Of a stretch of 64,000 nucleotides of DNA, positions 1 through 10,307 are shown piece by piece. Position numbers and translations under genes: made by a program. The DNA lies in contig CAWCTR010000016.1 of NCBI GenBank assembly GCA_963798485.1, positions 1 to 64,000 on the forward strand, given 5' to 3'. How positions within the stretch are numbered: the first letter of the stretch is position 1; each line of letters starts with the position of its first letter. The notes under the pieces are model-generated. The model ran no database searches, was not told the DNA's origin, and worked only from the letters and a program-made list of their open reading frames with translations. This DNA comes from an uncultured delta proteobacterium (GTDB taxonomy: Bacteria; Desulfobacterota; Desulfomonilia; UBA1062).

Positions 1-347
1 TTCTCTTAGGATTGACATCAGCCTTGTTGGCCAGCAGCAATTCCACCATGTCCTTGTGACCTCTATCCGCCGCCGCATGTAAAGGCGTCCGGTCGTATTG
101 GTCTTTGCTGAAAACCACAATCAGAATGGTCATTGAGCAGCGCCTTGACCATTTCCAAGTCGCCTTTCCAGACTGCATCATGGAAAGAGAGCACCTGTGG
201 AAGGGTCGGTTGTGGTAGTGAGGCTGGTATTGGCTGGATAGAAAGAGGCTGCGTATTAGAAGTTGCGGATGGCGAGGTTGATTTCCTTTCGAGAAGTTTA
301 GACTTTGGTGATTCCTTGACTCCAAATAGTTTCTTCCAGAAGCTCAT
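1..347 (-). CDS. Ankyrin-repeat protein, runs off the window edge, with a frameshift near nt 119
   Basis: ORF 63..347 ends HDAVWKGDLEMVKALLNDHSD. Removing one base continues it as VVFSKDQYDRTPLHAAADRGHKDMVELLLANKADVNPKR, a canonical ankyrin repeat. Confidence 0.8.
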
Positions 348-478
348 AATGCAACCTCCCTTTTGTTAATCTAAAGTGTGTGATTCGTAGAGATCATTTA
401 CACTTGAGTAATTGTGATAATTTCTATTTGTGTCATATCTTCATCTATTGGCTACCTTGGCGCAATTGCCGCAACACT

Positions 479-1243
479 TTACTTGTGGCCGCCGTGTTGG
501 CGCAGCAATTGCGCTACATCCTTGTGGCCCTTGATCACCGCCAGCCTCAAAGGCGTATCGCCATTTTTGTCCTTAGCATTCACATCAGCCCCATGTGCCA
601 GCAGTATCTCCACCACGCCCTTGTGGCCCGCCATTGCCGCCATGTGTAACGCCGTTTCGCCTGAATCATCTTTGCTGGAAGCCAGAGCAGGATTGCCTTT
701 AAGCAGCAACTTCACTCGCCCCAAATCACCATCCTGTGCCGCGTCCTGAATGCGGTTTGGAATTGTTACTGGGGCAAGTGGTCCGAACCGAAAAGACGTA
801 GCGTGAGACTTATCGATGCCCACAAACAGCAGTTTAGCGAGGCCTACCTCTGTTGTAACAAGCTTGGCACTGCCATCCACCGAAGAGACCATCTGGAAAG
901 TATCGTCAATCTTAAGTGTCGTCATTAGGATTTCTGCCTTCGTCTTGTACCAAGGTAAAATTGGAATATCATTCCAATCACATTTTCTTTCACCCTTGGT
1001 TGTCACAACACAAATTTGATTAGCGGGGAGTCTTAGGCTGCCATACAACCCGACGTAGAGCTCAAGACCTGGCGTGCCTCCAACGCTGACATCGTGTGCC
1101 CCAACAATTTCAACATGGGGGGGAACAACGCTGGTCTTACCTTCTTTTGCCATATCCCCCGCACGCGCTGCGTCATGAATTGGCGCTGCCAACAAGCTGA
1201 GGAAAAGTACCGCTAAACAAAGGATTAATTCTTTTGCAACCAT
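479..1243 (-). CDS. Secreted ankyrin-repeat protein with an inserted domain
   Basis: Hydrophobic signal-like N-terminus (MVAKELILCLAVLFLSLLA). C-terminal ankyrin repeats GETALHMAAMAGHKGVVEILLAHGADVNAKDKNGDTPL. Confidence 0.8.
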   Translation of the reverse strand: MVAKELILCLAVLFLSLLAAPIHDAARAGDMAKEGKTSVVPPHVEIVGAHDVSVGGTPGLELYVGLYGSLRLPANQICVVTTKGERKCDWNDIPILPWYKTKAEILMTTLKIDDTFQMVSSVDGSAKLVTTEVGLAKLLFVGIDKSHATSFRFGPLAPVTIPNRIQDAAQDGDLGRVKLLLKGNPALASSKDDSGETALHMAAMAGHKGVVEILLAHGADVNAKDKNGDTPLRLAVIKGHKDVAQLLRQHGGHK

Positions 1244-1771
1244 ATCAGGTTTTAGATTTTTGTCACTCTGAGATTCCCATAGCCTTCCAATCTGCATTTC
1301 TCTTCCCTCCTCTTTCTTAAGATGTTGTTGTCTATGGCCTTTTGCAATTAGCTCAGGTAATAAAAAGTATACCTGGTGTAATGTTCATTTCATTTCTCTC
1401 TATTTAAAAGGGCAAAAATATAATAGGGACCCCAGAATCTGTTCCTAAAATAGGTCAAAGCCAATAATTACTTTACTCTTGCAGTATATCCAGATATCGA
1501 GCGCAAGGCAATACGATGGTATATTCTTGAAGCATAGATCACGTGATAATCACACCATGCTCTGATGAGACCGACGATATAGATCTGATTCATCGACCAT
1601 CGGTTTTAGGGCATTTCGAAAGCATCCATCTATCACGGAGATCTTCATGCAGGGGAAAAAGTGTACAGGGTTATTTTTCAGCTCATCCCCTATTCTTCCC
1701 GGGATCAGATCATTATTGATGACGACTGTCCTTCACTAAATATCAACTACAAGGATCTGATAATCCGGTTC

Positions 1772-2683
1772 TTACTGCTGTATCACCTTGTACCCCTTGG
1801 CCTTGAGCATCTCCAGAAGCCCGCCCTTGCCCACCAGGTGCCCGGCGCCCACCACGACGAACACGTCACCCTCCTGGGAGAGGAGCCTGGAGATTCGCGT
1901 GGTCCAGGCCTTGTTCCGCTCGGTGAAGAGCTTCTTTTCAACCTCGGGGAATTCTTTCAGGCTCTTCTGCGTGAACATCTCCATTTGCGCAGCATCACCG
2001 GCCTTCCATGCCTGCACCATTTCGGTTGAGGCCTTTTCCAGCACCGCTATCTCTTCAAGCGCCTGTTTGAGAAGGTCCTCTTCCTTTCCGGGAAAGGCAT
2101 TGGCAAGCAGGTCCAGTTGCTGCCGGGCGGTTTCCAGGTATATCATCTTCTTTTTATCCGAGGCGGCTTCTTTGGAGAAATGTGCGTCCAGACCATCCTG
2201 GGCGGTAAACCCGAGGCGCTTAAGCTCTACGACAGCAATAGACAGTGCTGCAAACCACGGCCTGTAGGTGTCGAACTGTTCTACCTTAAGGTTATTGGCC
2301 TGGGCTCGGTCCTTGAACAGGGCATAGGTCTTCTCTGAGACCTCCTTGGGCAGTGTCTTGCCGTCGTGGTAGGTGCCCAGCTTGAGCATCATGTCCCTGA
2401 TCTCATCGGTGCCCGGCCCTTCCATATCCGCTTCGAAGACCACCCGGGGGCAGGATTGATAGGCCTTCTCTATTCGAGGATCAAGCGGGTAGGACGCCGC
2501 CTTGAACATATGTATGGAGCCCAGGAGAAAGGCCTTGGACTTAGTGCCCTGCACCGACCACATAAAGACCTTCGAAGGCCTTTCTTGGGCGGCATGCACG
2601 GGATGAAAAGGGGTTCCCGGGCAGACAAAAGAAAAGAGAAGGATCGCCATAATCAGCCGCCATTGCTCACTGTGCTTATGCAT
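1772..2683 (-). CDS. TraB/GumN family periplasmic protein
   Basis: Signal peptide plus FLLGSIH, LETARQQL, ERNKAW and VVVGAGHLVG motifs. Confidence 0.9.
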   Translation of the reverse strand: MHKHSEQWRLIMAILLFSFVCPGTPFHPVHAAQERPSKVFMWSVQGTKSKAFLLGSIHMFKAASYPLDPRIEKAYQSCPRVVFEADMEGPGTDEIRDMMLKLGTYHDGKTLPKEVSEKTYALFKDRAQANNLKVEQFDTYRPWFAALSIAVVELKRLGFTAQDGLDAHFSKEAASDKKKMIYLETARQQLDLLANAFPGKEEDLLKQALEEIAVLEKASTEMVQAWKAGDAAQMEMFTQKSLKEFPEVEKKLFTERNKAWTTRISRLLSQEGDVFVVVGAGHLVGKGGLLEMLKAKGYKVIQQ

Positions 2684-2713
2684 ACCCTTCTTTCCCTTCC
2701 CGGTATAGGCCCT

Positions 2714-3660
2714 TCAGGAGTTTTCCTTGGCGCAAAGGATGATATTGTTCGCGTTGACCGCCTGCATCACCGTGGAGCCCGGCTCTATATCATGGTCGAG
2801 CCACACGTTTCCGCCGATGGTACTGCCCTTGCCGATGCGGACCCTGCCTAAGATCGTGGTGCCCGAGTAAATGATTACATCGTCCTCCACCAGCGGGTGG
2901 CGCGCGATGCCCTTGACCAGCCTTCCAGAATCGTCCTTGGGGAAACTCTTGGCGCCGAGTGTAACTCCCTGGTATAGCCTGACGTTCCGGCCGATCACGC
3001 AGGTCTCGCCGATGACCGTCCCGGTGCCATGGTCTATAAAGAACCGCTCGCCTATGGCGGCGCCCGGATGGATGTCTATGCCGGTGGCCGAGTGGGCCAT
3101 TTCGGTTATGATCCGTGGGATGATCTCTACGCCGAGCTCATAGAGCTCATGGGCGATGCGGTAGTTGGTCATGGTCTTGATGCTCGGGTAGCAGAATATG
3201 ACCTCGCTCAGGCTCTTTGCCGCAGGGTCGCCCTCGTATGCAGCCGATACGTCGCTGATGAGCAGCCGGCGGATCCTGGGGATTGTTGAAATGAACTTTC
3301 GGGAGAGGATAATGGCCCGTTCGTTGCACTCGATGCAGGCCTGTCGGTCCGTCATCTCGCACGAGAACTCGAACCCCTCTTTATCTGTTCGTTCAGGAGG
3401 CGCTCGATCTTCTCCAAATGGTTCCCGATGATATAGGGCATGGTCGAAACCGTCATCTCGGAGTCGCTGAAATAGGCAGGGAAGATCACCATGCGCACCC
3501 TCTCGACGATATCTGCAAGGACATCGAGCGAGGGCATTGCGCCTTCCAGGGTGGGCCTGTGATACACCTGATCATACGATTCCGGATCGCACAGCTCATC
3601 CACCACTCTTTTTATGATATTGTCGTTTTCAACTACCTCTATCTTCTGTTTCGGTATCAT
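2714..3660 (-). CDS. cysE: Serine O-acetyltransferase (long form), frameshifted at about 3374-3377
   Basis: GDPAAKS, TGIDIHPGA, FFIDHGTGTVIGET and RHP motifs. Adding one G to the G4 run joins 3352..3675 to 2714..3355 as KRGFEFSCEMTD. A GGAGG RBS precedes ATG 3660. Confidence 0.88.
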
Positions 3661-3729
3661 GATAACCCTCCGCACTTAATCATACGTGCCGGTTTACTAA
3701 AACACTTCTTGAACGATACCTCTCTTTGT

Positions 3730-4362
3730 TTATGGATTTGAGGGTTTCTCTTCGATGCTGCAGAAGTGCCTGTTCTTGTAGAACTCCAGAAGCCGCTCCA
3801 CCTCGTCCTTGCACTCCCCGCACACCGTGCTCACCTTGGTCTTTTCCTGGAGCTCGTAGAAGGTCCTTGCGCCTTCCAGCACGGCCTCTTCGATCTCGTG
3901 GTCGGTGACGTTCATGCAGTTGCATACCACCCGTGCCTCTTCCCGTTTGATTTTGTCCTTCATGCCGCCGCGCTCGTAGTAATCGTTGATGGCGGCCCTC
4001 AATGCCTTGTCGCCCAGGACGCTGCAGTGGATCTTGTGCTCGGGCAGGCCGCCCAACTCCTTGTTGATGTCTTTCGGTGAAAGCTTGAATGCATCTTCGA
4101 GCTTCATTCCCTTGACCATCTCGGATAACACCGAGGTGCTTGCAATGGCGCTGGCGCACCCAAAGGTCTTCCACTTGCAGTCGGTGATTACGCCCTTTTC
4201 CTTATCCACCTTGATGGCAACGACCATCTGGTCGCCGCACTTGATGTTCCCTGTTATACCCCTGCCGTCTGCGTCAAAGGCCTTCTCATCCTCCAGGATA
4301 TTCTTGGGGTGCATGAAGTGCTCGAGCACCTTGTCGGTATATACCCAGTTCACCTGTTCCAT
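3730..4362 (-). CDS. nifU: Fe-S cluster scaffold NifU/IscU fused to a BFD-like [2Fe-2S] domain
   Basis: KVLEHFMHPKN, CGD, FGCASAIAS and KIHCS motifs, followed by CxC...CxxC (VCNCM...VCGEC). Lies directly after nifS. Confidence 0.9.
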   Translation of the reverse strand: MEQVNWVYTDKVLEHFMHPKNILEDEKAFDADGRGITGNIKCGDQMVVAIKVDKEKGVITDCKWKTFGCASAIASTSVLSEMVKGMKLEDAFKLSPKDINKELGGLPEHKIHCSVLGDKALRAAINDYYERGGMKDKIKREEARVVCNCMNVTDHEIEEAVLEGARTFYELQEKTKVSTVCGECKDEVERLLEFYKNRHFCSIEEKPSNP

Positions 4363-5549
4363 TATTGCCTCCTTACGTATGCGGTGGACATGTCCCTGAT
4401 GCGCCCTATGACCCCTGGGAGAACTCCAAGCATATAGTCGATATCTTCAATAGTGTTCTCCCTGCCCAGGCTGATACGGATAGAGCCGTGGGCGCACTCC
4501 GCAGGCAACCCTGTGGCCAGGATCACGTGGGAGGGGTCGAGCGATCCCGAGGCACAGGCGCTTCCGGTGGAGACCGCGATCCCTGCAAGGTCGAGATACA
4601 ACAGTATGGCCTCGCCCTCGGAACCTTCAAAGGACACGTTCAGCGTGCCGGGCAGACAGTCGGTGGGGTGCCCCACGAAGAGCACGTCCGGGATCTTTTC
4701 GGCAATGCCCTTTCTGAGCGTTTCCTTCAGCTGCAGCATGCGCTTTTCCTCCTCCTTCATCTCTATGGCGCGCATATCAACTGCCTTGCCGAGCGCAATG
4801 ATGCCGATGGTGTTCTCGGTGCCGGCCCGCCTGCCGCGCTCCTGGTGGCCTCCCCTGATGAGAGGGCAGAAAGGCGATCCCTTTCTGATGTACACGGCGC
4901 CGATCCCCTTGGGGCCGTAGATCTTGTGGCCGGATAAGGTGAGGAAGTCCACACCGAGATCGTTCACGTCCACGGGGACCTTGCCCACTGCCTGGACAGC
5001 ATCCGTGTGGAGCAGCGTCCCCTCTCCGTGCACGATCTTTGAGATGGCCTTAATGTCCTGGATGGTGCCGATCTCGTTGTTGGCCATCATGATGGAGACC
5101 AGTCCTGTCATGGGGGTTATGGATTTCTTGAGCTGATCGAGGTCCACCTTGCCGTCTTTGTCCACGCCCAGGTACGTCACCTTGACACCCTTTTCGGCCA
5201 TGCACTTTGAGGCCTCGAGTACGCATGGGTGCTCGATGGTGGTTGTAATAAGCTCCTTGCCGCTGCATGCATTGAACTCACAGGCGCCGCACTGGCTGTT
5301 GAGGATGGAGAGCACGGTATTGTTGCCCTCCGAGCCACTGCCCACAAACAGGATCTCTTCAGGTTTCGCCCCGATAAACCGGGCCACCTTTTCGCGCGCC
5401 TCTTCCACATATTTGCGCGCAAGCCTGCCGAAACCGTGGAGGCTCGATGGGTTGCCGAATATATCAAGTGCTTCGAAGATCGCCTTCTTCACCTCGGGAT
5501 GAAGAGGGGTCGTGGCATTATTATCAAAATAGATCATCCGTTTATCCAT
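4362..5549 (-). CDS. nifS: Cysteine desulfurase NifS/IscS
   Basis: YFDNNATT, GNPSS, HTDAVQ, SGHKIYGPKG (PLP lysine) and STGSACAS motifs. A GGGAGGA RBS precedes ATG 5549. Confidence 0.95.
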   Translation of the reverse strand: MDKRMIYFDNNATTPLHPEVKKAIFEALDIFGNPSSLHGFGRLARKYVEEAREKVARFIGAKPEEILFVGSGSEGNNTVLSILNSQCGACEFNACSGKELITTTIEHPCVLEASKCMAEKGVKVTYLGVDKDGKVDLDQLKKSITPMTGLVSIMMANNEIGTIQDIKAISKIVHGEGTLLHTDAVQAVGKVPVDVNDLGVDFLTLSGHKIYGPKGIGAVYIRKGSPFCPLIRGGHQERGRRAGTENTIGIIALGKAVDMRAIEMKEEEKRMLQLKETLRKGIAEKIPDVLFVGHPTDCLPGTLNVSFEGSEGEAILLYLDLAGIAVSTGSACASGSLDPSHVILATGLPAECAHGSIRISLGRENTIEDIDYMLGVLPGVIGRIRDMSTAYVRRQ

Positions 5550-5847
5550 GGATTCCTCCCGGTCAGTCTTTTTATTATGACGGCTTTCTATCGCTATAGG
5601 GTTCACAACATTTACCCTTCATAGGGGTATCTTTACCCTTTTTCCAGTCGGCACATGAAAACCGGTGGCTGCAATCCCATCGTTTAACCCCATTTTAAAC
5701 CATGAGGGAAGAGCCAATTTTAAAAATTAAAAATGGTGTATTCCTCGCAAAAGCTATGGGACAGAAGCCCTTGAAAATACTTGATTCCAAGCTTTGGCGG
5801 GAATCTTGTTTCATCAAACAGGGTCATGCCAAATTTTTTTATCAGGC

Positions 5848-5948
5848 AAAATCCCCCTAAATCCCCCTTTATAAAAGGGGGACTTGTAAAGACCTAGCCA
5901 AGCTTGCATTTAGCCCCCCCTTTCGTAAAGGGGGGCAGGGGGGATTTT
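5848..5948. repeat. REP-like palindromic element of C-tract/G-tract type
   Basis: AAAATCCCCCTAAATCCCCCTTTATAAAAGGGGGACT ... CCCCCCCTTTCGTAAAGGGGGGCAGGGGGGATTTT: two hairpins inside terminal inverted repeats. Confidence 0.75.
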
Positions 5949-6061
5949 CCAAAAGGCACACTTATCAAATAGTTGCTTACTATCCGGCTGACTTTGACGG
6001 TATCTTGCATCATCGACCATCTCAATTGACAGCTCCCATACGAAAAAGATAGAGGTGGACA

Positions 6062-8197
6062 ATGCTGGAATCTTATTACCAAACGATTGCCCTTGAGCTG
6101 GGCATAGCACCAAGGCAGGTCAACGCGGTCGGCACCCTTCTGGAAGAAGGCTCCACAATGCCGTTCATCGCCCGCTACCGCAAGGAGGTCACCGGGTCTC
6201 TCGACGAGGTGGCCATCTCCGCCATCAGGGACAGGCTTAAAGACCTCGAACAGCTCGATGCCAGGAAAGAGTCCATCATCAATTCCCTGACCGGCCAGGG
6301 GGTGATCACCGATTCGCTGCGCCAGGCAGTGGAGGCTGCCAAAACCTTGGCCGAGCTGGAAGACATCTACCTCCCCTACCGGCCCAAGCGCAGGACCAGG
6401 GCCGCAATTGCCCGTGAAAAAGGACTTGAGCCTCTCTCAGAGATCATCTATTCCCAGCCTGAGGGGACAGAGCCTCTCACAGAGGCCGCGGCCTATATCA
6501 ATAAGGAACGTGGTGTCGAGACCGCGGAAGACGCCCTTGCCGGGGCTCGGGACATAATGGCCGAGCGCATGGCGGAAGCAGCGGATGTCAGGGCCACCAT
6601 GCGCGCCCTTTTCGAGAAGGAGGGGACCATACGGTCCGAGGTCTTAGACGGCACGCAAGAACAAGCCGACACATACCGGGATTACTTTGACTGGCAGGAG
6701 CCGGCGGCTAAGGCACCATCCCACCGGGTGCTGGCCATGTTTCGCGGGAACAAGGAGGGCTTCCTGAAGCTCTCCATCCGCCCGCCTGAAACAAAGGCCC
6801 TGGCGCTTATGGAAAGGCTCGTCTGCACAGGTCGCGGGGCATGTACGGAGCAGGTGCGGCAGGCCTGCGCGGACAGCTGCAAGAGGCTCCTCATGCCTTC
6901 ATTGGAAAACGAATTCAGGGCAGCGCTCAAGTCAAGGGCCGACGTAGAAGCCATAGACGTGTTTGCCGGAAACCTGCGGGAGCTCCTCATGGCACCCCCG
7001 CTCGGCAGGAAAAGGGTGCTGGCCATTGATCCCGGCTTCCGCACCGGGTGCAAGGTGGTCTGCCTCGACAGCCAGGGCGCGCTCCTGCACCACGATGTGA
7101 TCTACCCGACCCAGTCCGCAGGCAAGGTTTCAGAGGCGGCCACGAAGGTGAAAACCATGATGCAACAATACGCCGTAGAGGCCATTGCCATCGGGAACGG
7201 GACCGCAGGCCGCGAGACCGAGTCCTTTGTGCGCGGCCTCGGCCTTAAGCCTCAGGTGATCATGGTCAACGAGAGCGGCGCATCGATTTATTCCGCCTCG
7301 GAAACCGCGCGCCATGAATTCCCTAATCATGACGTGACCGTACGCGGGGCCGTGTCCATCGGCAGGCGGCTCATGGACCCCCTGGCGGAGCTGGTAAAGA
7401 TCGACCCCAAAGCAATCGGTGTGGGGCAGTACCAGCACGATGTGGACCAGCCACGGCTCAAGGATAAGCTGGACGATGTGGTTCAAAGCTGTGTCAATGC
7501 CGTGGGTGTCGAGGTGAATACGGCAAGCCCCGAGCTCCTCACCTCTGTGTCGGGCCTGGGCAAGACCCTGGCAGGCAATATTACCACCTACCGTACCGAG
7601 CATGGCCCCTTTAAAAGCCGCAGCGAGCTCAAGAAAGTACCCAGGCTCGGGGCCAAGGCCTTTGAGCTCTGCGCCGGGTTCCTGCGCATACGGGACGGTT
7701 CGCACCCGCTCGATGCAAGTGCAGTGCACCCGGAACGGTATGGGCTGGTGGAACGTATGGCAAAGGACCTGGGCTGCACGGTGGCAGACCTGCTGAAGGA
7801 CCCAGAGCTACGTTCGCAGATTGAATTGAAACGCTATGAGAGCGAAACAGTAGGTATGCCCACCCTGAAGGACATCATGGCCGAGCTCGCCAAGCCCGGC
7901 AGGGACCCGCGCGAGCAGTTCGAGGCCTTCAGCTTTACCGAGAACATAAACACCATTGAGGACCTATCTACAGGCATGGAGCTGCCGGGCATTGTGACCA
8001 ATGTCACCAACTTCGGGGCCTTTGTGGATATCGGGGTCCACCAGGACGGCCTCGTGCACATAAGCCAGCTTGCGGAGCGGTTCGTGAAAGACGTGTCCGA
8101 GGTGGTGAAGGTGAATCAGCGGGTCAAAGTGCGTGTTCTCGAAATAGACACAAAACGCTCCCGCATATCGCTATCCATGAAGAAGCTCAGCTCATAG
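6062..8197 (+). CDS. tex: Tex/YhgF RNA-binding transcription accessory protein
   Basis: PFIARYRKEVTGSLDE, AIDPGFRTGCK, HhH motifs and a C-terminal S1 domain (FGAFVDIGVHQDGLVHISQL). Confidence 0.95.
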   Translation: MLESYYQTIALELGIAPRQVNAVGTLLEEGSTMPFIARYRKEVTGSLDEVAISAIRDRLKDLEQLDARKESIINSLTGQGVITDSLRQAVEAAKTLAELEDIYLPYRPKRRTRAAIAREKGLEPLSEIIYSQPEGTEPLTEAAAYINKERGVETAEDALAGARDIMAERMAEAADVRATMRALFEKEGTIRSEVLDGTQEQADTYRDYFDWQEPAAKAPSHRVLAMFRGNKEGFLKLSIRPPETKALALMERLVCTGRGACTEQVRQACADSCKRLLMPSLENEFRAALKSRADVEAIDVFAGNLRELLMAPPLGRKRVLAIDPGFRTGCKVVCLDSQGALLHHDVIYPTQSAGKVSEAATKVKTMMQQYAVEAIAIGNGTAGRETESFVRGLGLKPQVIMVNESGASIYSASETARHEFPNHDVTVRGAVSIGRRLMDPLAELVKIDPKAIGVGQYQHDVDQPRLKDKLDDVVQSCVNAVGVEVNTASPELLTSVSGLGKTLAGNITTYRTEHGPFKSRSELKKVPRLGAKAFELCAGFLRIRDGSHPLDASAVHPERYGLVERMAKDLGCTVADLLKDPELRSQIELKRYESETVGMPTLKDIMAELAKPGRDPREQFEAFSFTENINTIEDLSTGMELPGIVTNVTNFGAFVDIGVHQDGLVHISQLAERFVKDVSEVVKVNQRVKVRVLEIDTKRSRISLSMKKLSS

Positions 8198-8212
8198 AAG
8201 AGACTACGTTCT

Positions 8213-9376
8213 TCAAGAAAGAAGCTCTCCGCTTTGTTGCCACCCCAGGACCCTTATCCCCTTTTGTTGGTAGGCTTCACTGCCCCCATAGATAAGTGAA
8301 GGCATCAATCCCATATCGCCGGCAAGGGCACGCCATTTTTCCAGCCCGGCGAATGAATCCCGCGACAGGGTCTTTCCTGACTTGATCTCGATCGGCATCA
8401 GCTTGTCATCCCGTTCTACAATAAGATCGACCTCATTGCCGTTGCTGTCCCGCCAGAAAGAGAAGACCGGTCGTTCTCCTTGATTGAACCGCGATTTAAT
8501 CAACTCCGAAACGATGAACGTCTCGAATATGTTGCCCCGCAGGGGATGTGTCTCCATCTGTTCCGGAGTCCTGATCCCCAGCAGCCATGAGACGAGTCCG
8601 ACATCGTAGAAATACAACTTCGGCATCTTGACCAGCCGTTTGTTGAAGTCGGTGTGGTGCGGGCGCAGAAGAAAAACGAGATAGCTTGCTTCGAGCACGG
8701 ATATCCAGGACTTGGCCGTGTTGTGGGTAATGCCGCATTCCGCGGCCAGCGAGGATAGGTTGAGCAACTGCGCGGTACGCCCGGCGCAGAGCCGAACGAA
8801 TCGCTGGAATGTCTCCAATTCCTGAATCTTGAGGAGTTGCCTTACATCCCGTTCGACATACGCCGTAACATAGGCGGCAAACCAGGCGGAAGGGGGCACA
8901 TCACGGTCGTAGAGCGGCGGATAACAGCCCTTCAACAACATAATGTCGACTGAGGGCGGCAGCTTGCCGGCATGGGCCAGTTCCGGGATGGAAAAAGGGA
9001 GCAGTTCAACAAAGGCGGTCCGGCCTGCTAAAGATTGGGTAATCCCCGACATCAGACCGAACTGCTGGGACCCGGTCAGGATATAGCGCCCCATGCGGCC
9101 ATCCGCGTCAACCATCGTCTGGAGATATGAGAGGATATCGGGACAGCGTTGTACCTCATCGAGCACGGCTCCATCCGGGAACCGTTCCATAAAGGAGCGG
9201 GGATCATCCGTTGCCGCCAGACGTATGTCAGGATCTTCCAGCGAGGCATAGGGGCGATTTTTGAAAAGCGCCTTGGCCAAGGTTGTCTTGCCGGACTGAC
9301 GCGGTCCGGTCAGGGTAACGATCGGAAAACCACGCAGCAGGGTTCGGATGGTTTGCCCGGCATCACGATCAAGCAT
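8213..9376 (-). CDS. AAA+ ATPase (AAA_14) with a DUF4143 / PD-(D/E)XK-like C-terminus
   Basis: Walker A GPRQSGKT, Walker B LDEVQ, LTGS, KMPKLYFYDVG and EVDLIV...IEIKSG motifs. Confidence 0.9.
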   Translation of the reverse strand: MLDRDAGQTIRTLLRGFPIVTLTGPRQSGKTTLAKALFKNRPYASLEDPDIRLAATDDPRSFMERFPDGAVLDEVQRCPDILSYLQTMVDADGRMGRYILTGSQQFGLMSGITQSLAGRTAFVELLPFSIPELAHAGKLPPSVDIMLLKGCYPPLYDRDVPPSAWFAAYVTAYVERDVRQLLKIQELETFQRFVRLCAGRTAQLLNLSSLAAECGITHNTAKSWISVLEASYLVFLLRPHHTDFNKRLVKMPKLYFYDVGLVSWLLGIRTPEQMETHPLRGNIFETFIVSELIKSRFNQGERPVFSFWRDSNGNEVDLIVERDDKLMPIEIKSGKTLSRDSFAGLEKWRALAGDMGLMPSLIYGGSEAYQQKGIRVLGWQQSGELLS

Positions 9377-9469
9377 AGGGTGGTGCTACATCCTTTTATG
9401 CAATTTGTCAAAGTCATTTCCATTTTGCATAATCAGCGTGTGAGCCCCCTGAATAAGGCATCTAAGAAA

Positions 9470-10111
9470 TCATTCCTTCGGATACCCTACGGTCTGCGCG
9501 AGGATGACCTTCTGGCCCGGGCGAAGATTCATGGTCTTTGCCAGCTCATCTTTATCCATGCTGCCCCTCACCACGGTTGCCAGACCCTCTGAGGCACAGA
9601 AGAGATAAACATTCTGGCTTATGAAGCCCGTATCAGCTGCAGAGTAAAAAATCCTCTCCTCGGCAGTGGCTCCCCCCATCTTCGAAAAATCGGCCACATA
9701 AATGAGGTTCACCGGTGCTACTGAAACGAATGGCTGCTTACCGGTATCGGGCCTGATATCCCGGGCCAGGACCAGCCTCAGGGCATGCTCTTTCACATCA
9801 TACAGATAGAGCCCATCAGACGTAGCCGCATAGACATCGATCTCCTGAGAGTTCATGGCCGATGGCGCCGTACGTTTCCCCGTCTCGGGCCTGTTCACCC
9901 CGCAGGCAGACCACAGCAGGTTGGAAAGCACATTAACGGGCAATTTCTTCGTGCTGAATTCCCGCGTTGATTTCCTCTCCTTAAGCGCGTGGGCAAGGGT
10001 CTTGTGGACATCCAATTGTGGCTGCGGGAGTTTGATGATCTTAGGCTCTTCTGCCAAGACCACCACGGAAAATGAGATGAGCACTGCTGCAAGGAATAAT
10101 CTCTTTAACAT
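9470..10111 (-). CDS. SagB/ThcOx-type nitroreductase-fold FMN protein with a signal peptide
   Basis: ERKSTREF, RTAPSA, DTGFISQNVYL and QTVGYP motifs; hydrophobic N-terminus. Confidence 0.85.
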   Translation of the reverse strand: MLKRLFLAAVLISFSVVVLAEEPKIIKLPQPQLDVHKTLAHALKERKSTREFSTKKLPVNVLSNLLWSACGVNRPETGKRTAPSAMNSQEIDVYAATSDGLYLYDVKEHALRLVLARDIRPDTGKQPFVSVAPVNLIYVADFSKMGGATAEERIFYSAADTGFISQNVYLFCASEGLATVVRGSMDKDELAKTMNLRPGQKVILAQTVGYPKE

Positions 10112-10307
10112 AGTAACCCTCCTTGTGGCTCATGATGGAGCGGTCAGGACCAATGGAATCGTTTCGCAAATACTTGATAGCAGGATGGAGAGGTCTTGGC
10201 AATACCACGACGAAATTTCGCATACAGCCTTTCAGCGCATGCCTTGCTTCATTCTTTTCATTGTTTTCTCTGTAAACAGCATTTATTATTGTACAGGGGC
10301 TACACCC

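Noticed and set aside
3352-3377. cysE as a real two-gene split or programmed frameshift
   Set aside because: One extra G in a homopolymer restores a normal single protein, and no canonical slippery heptamer is present.
9855-10307. N-terminal 151 aa of the 524-aa ORF
   Set aside because: Overlaps the divergent nitroreductase-fold gene; family similarity starts at ATG 10308.
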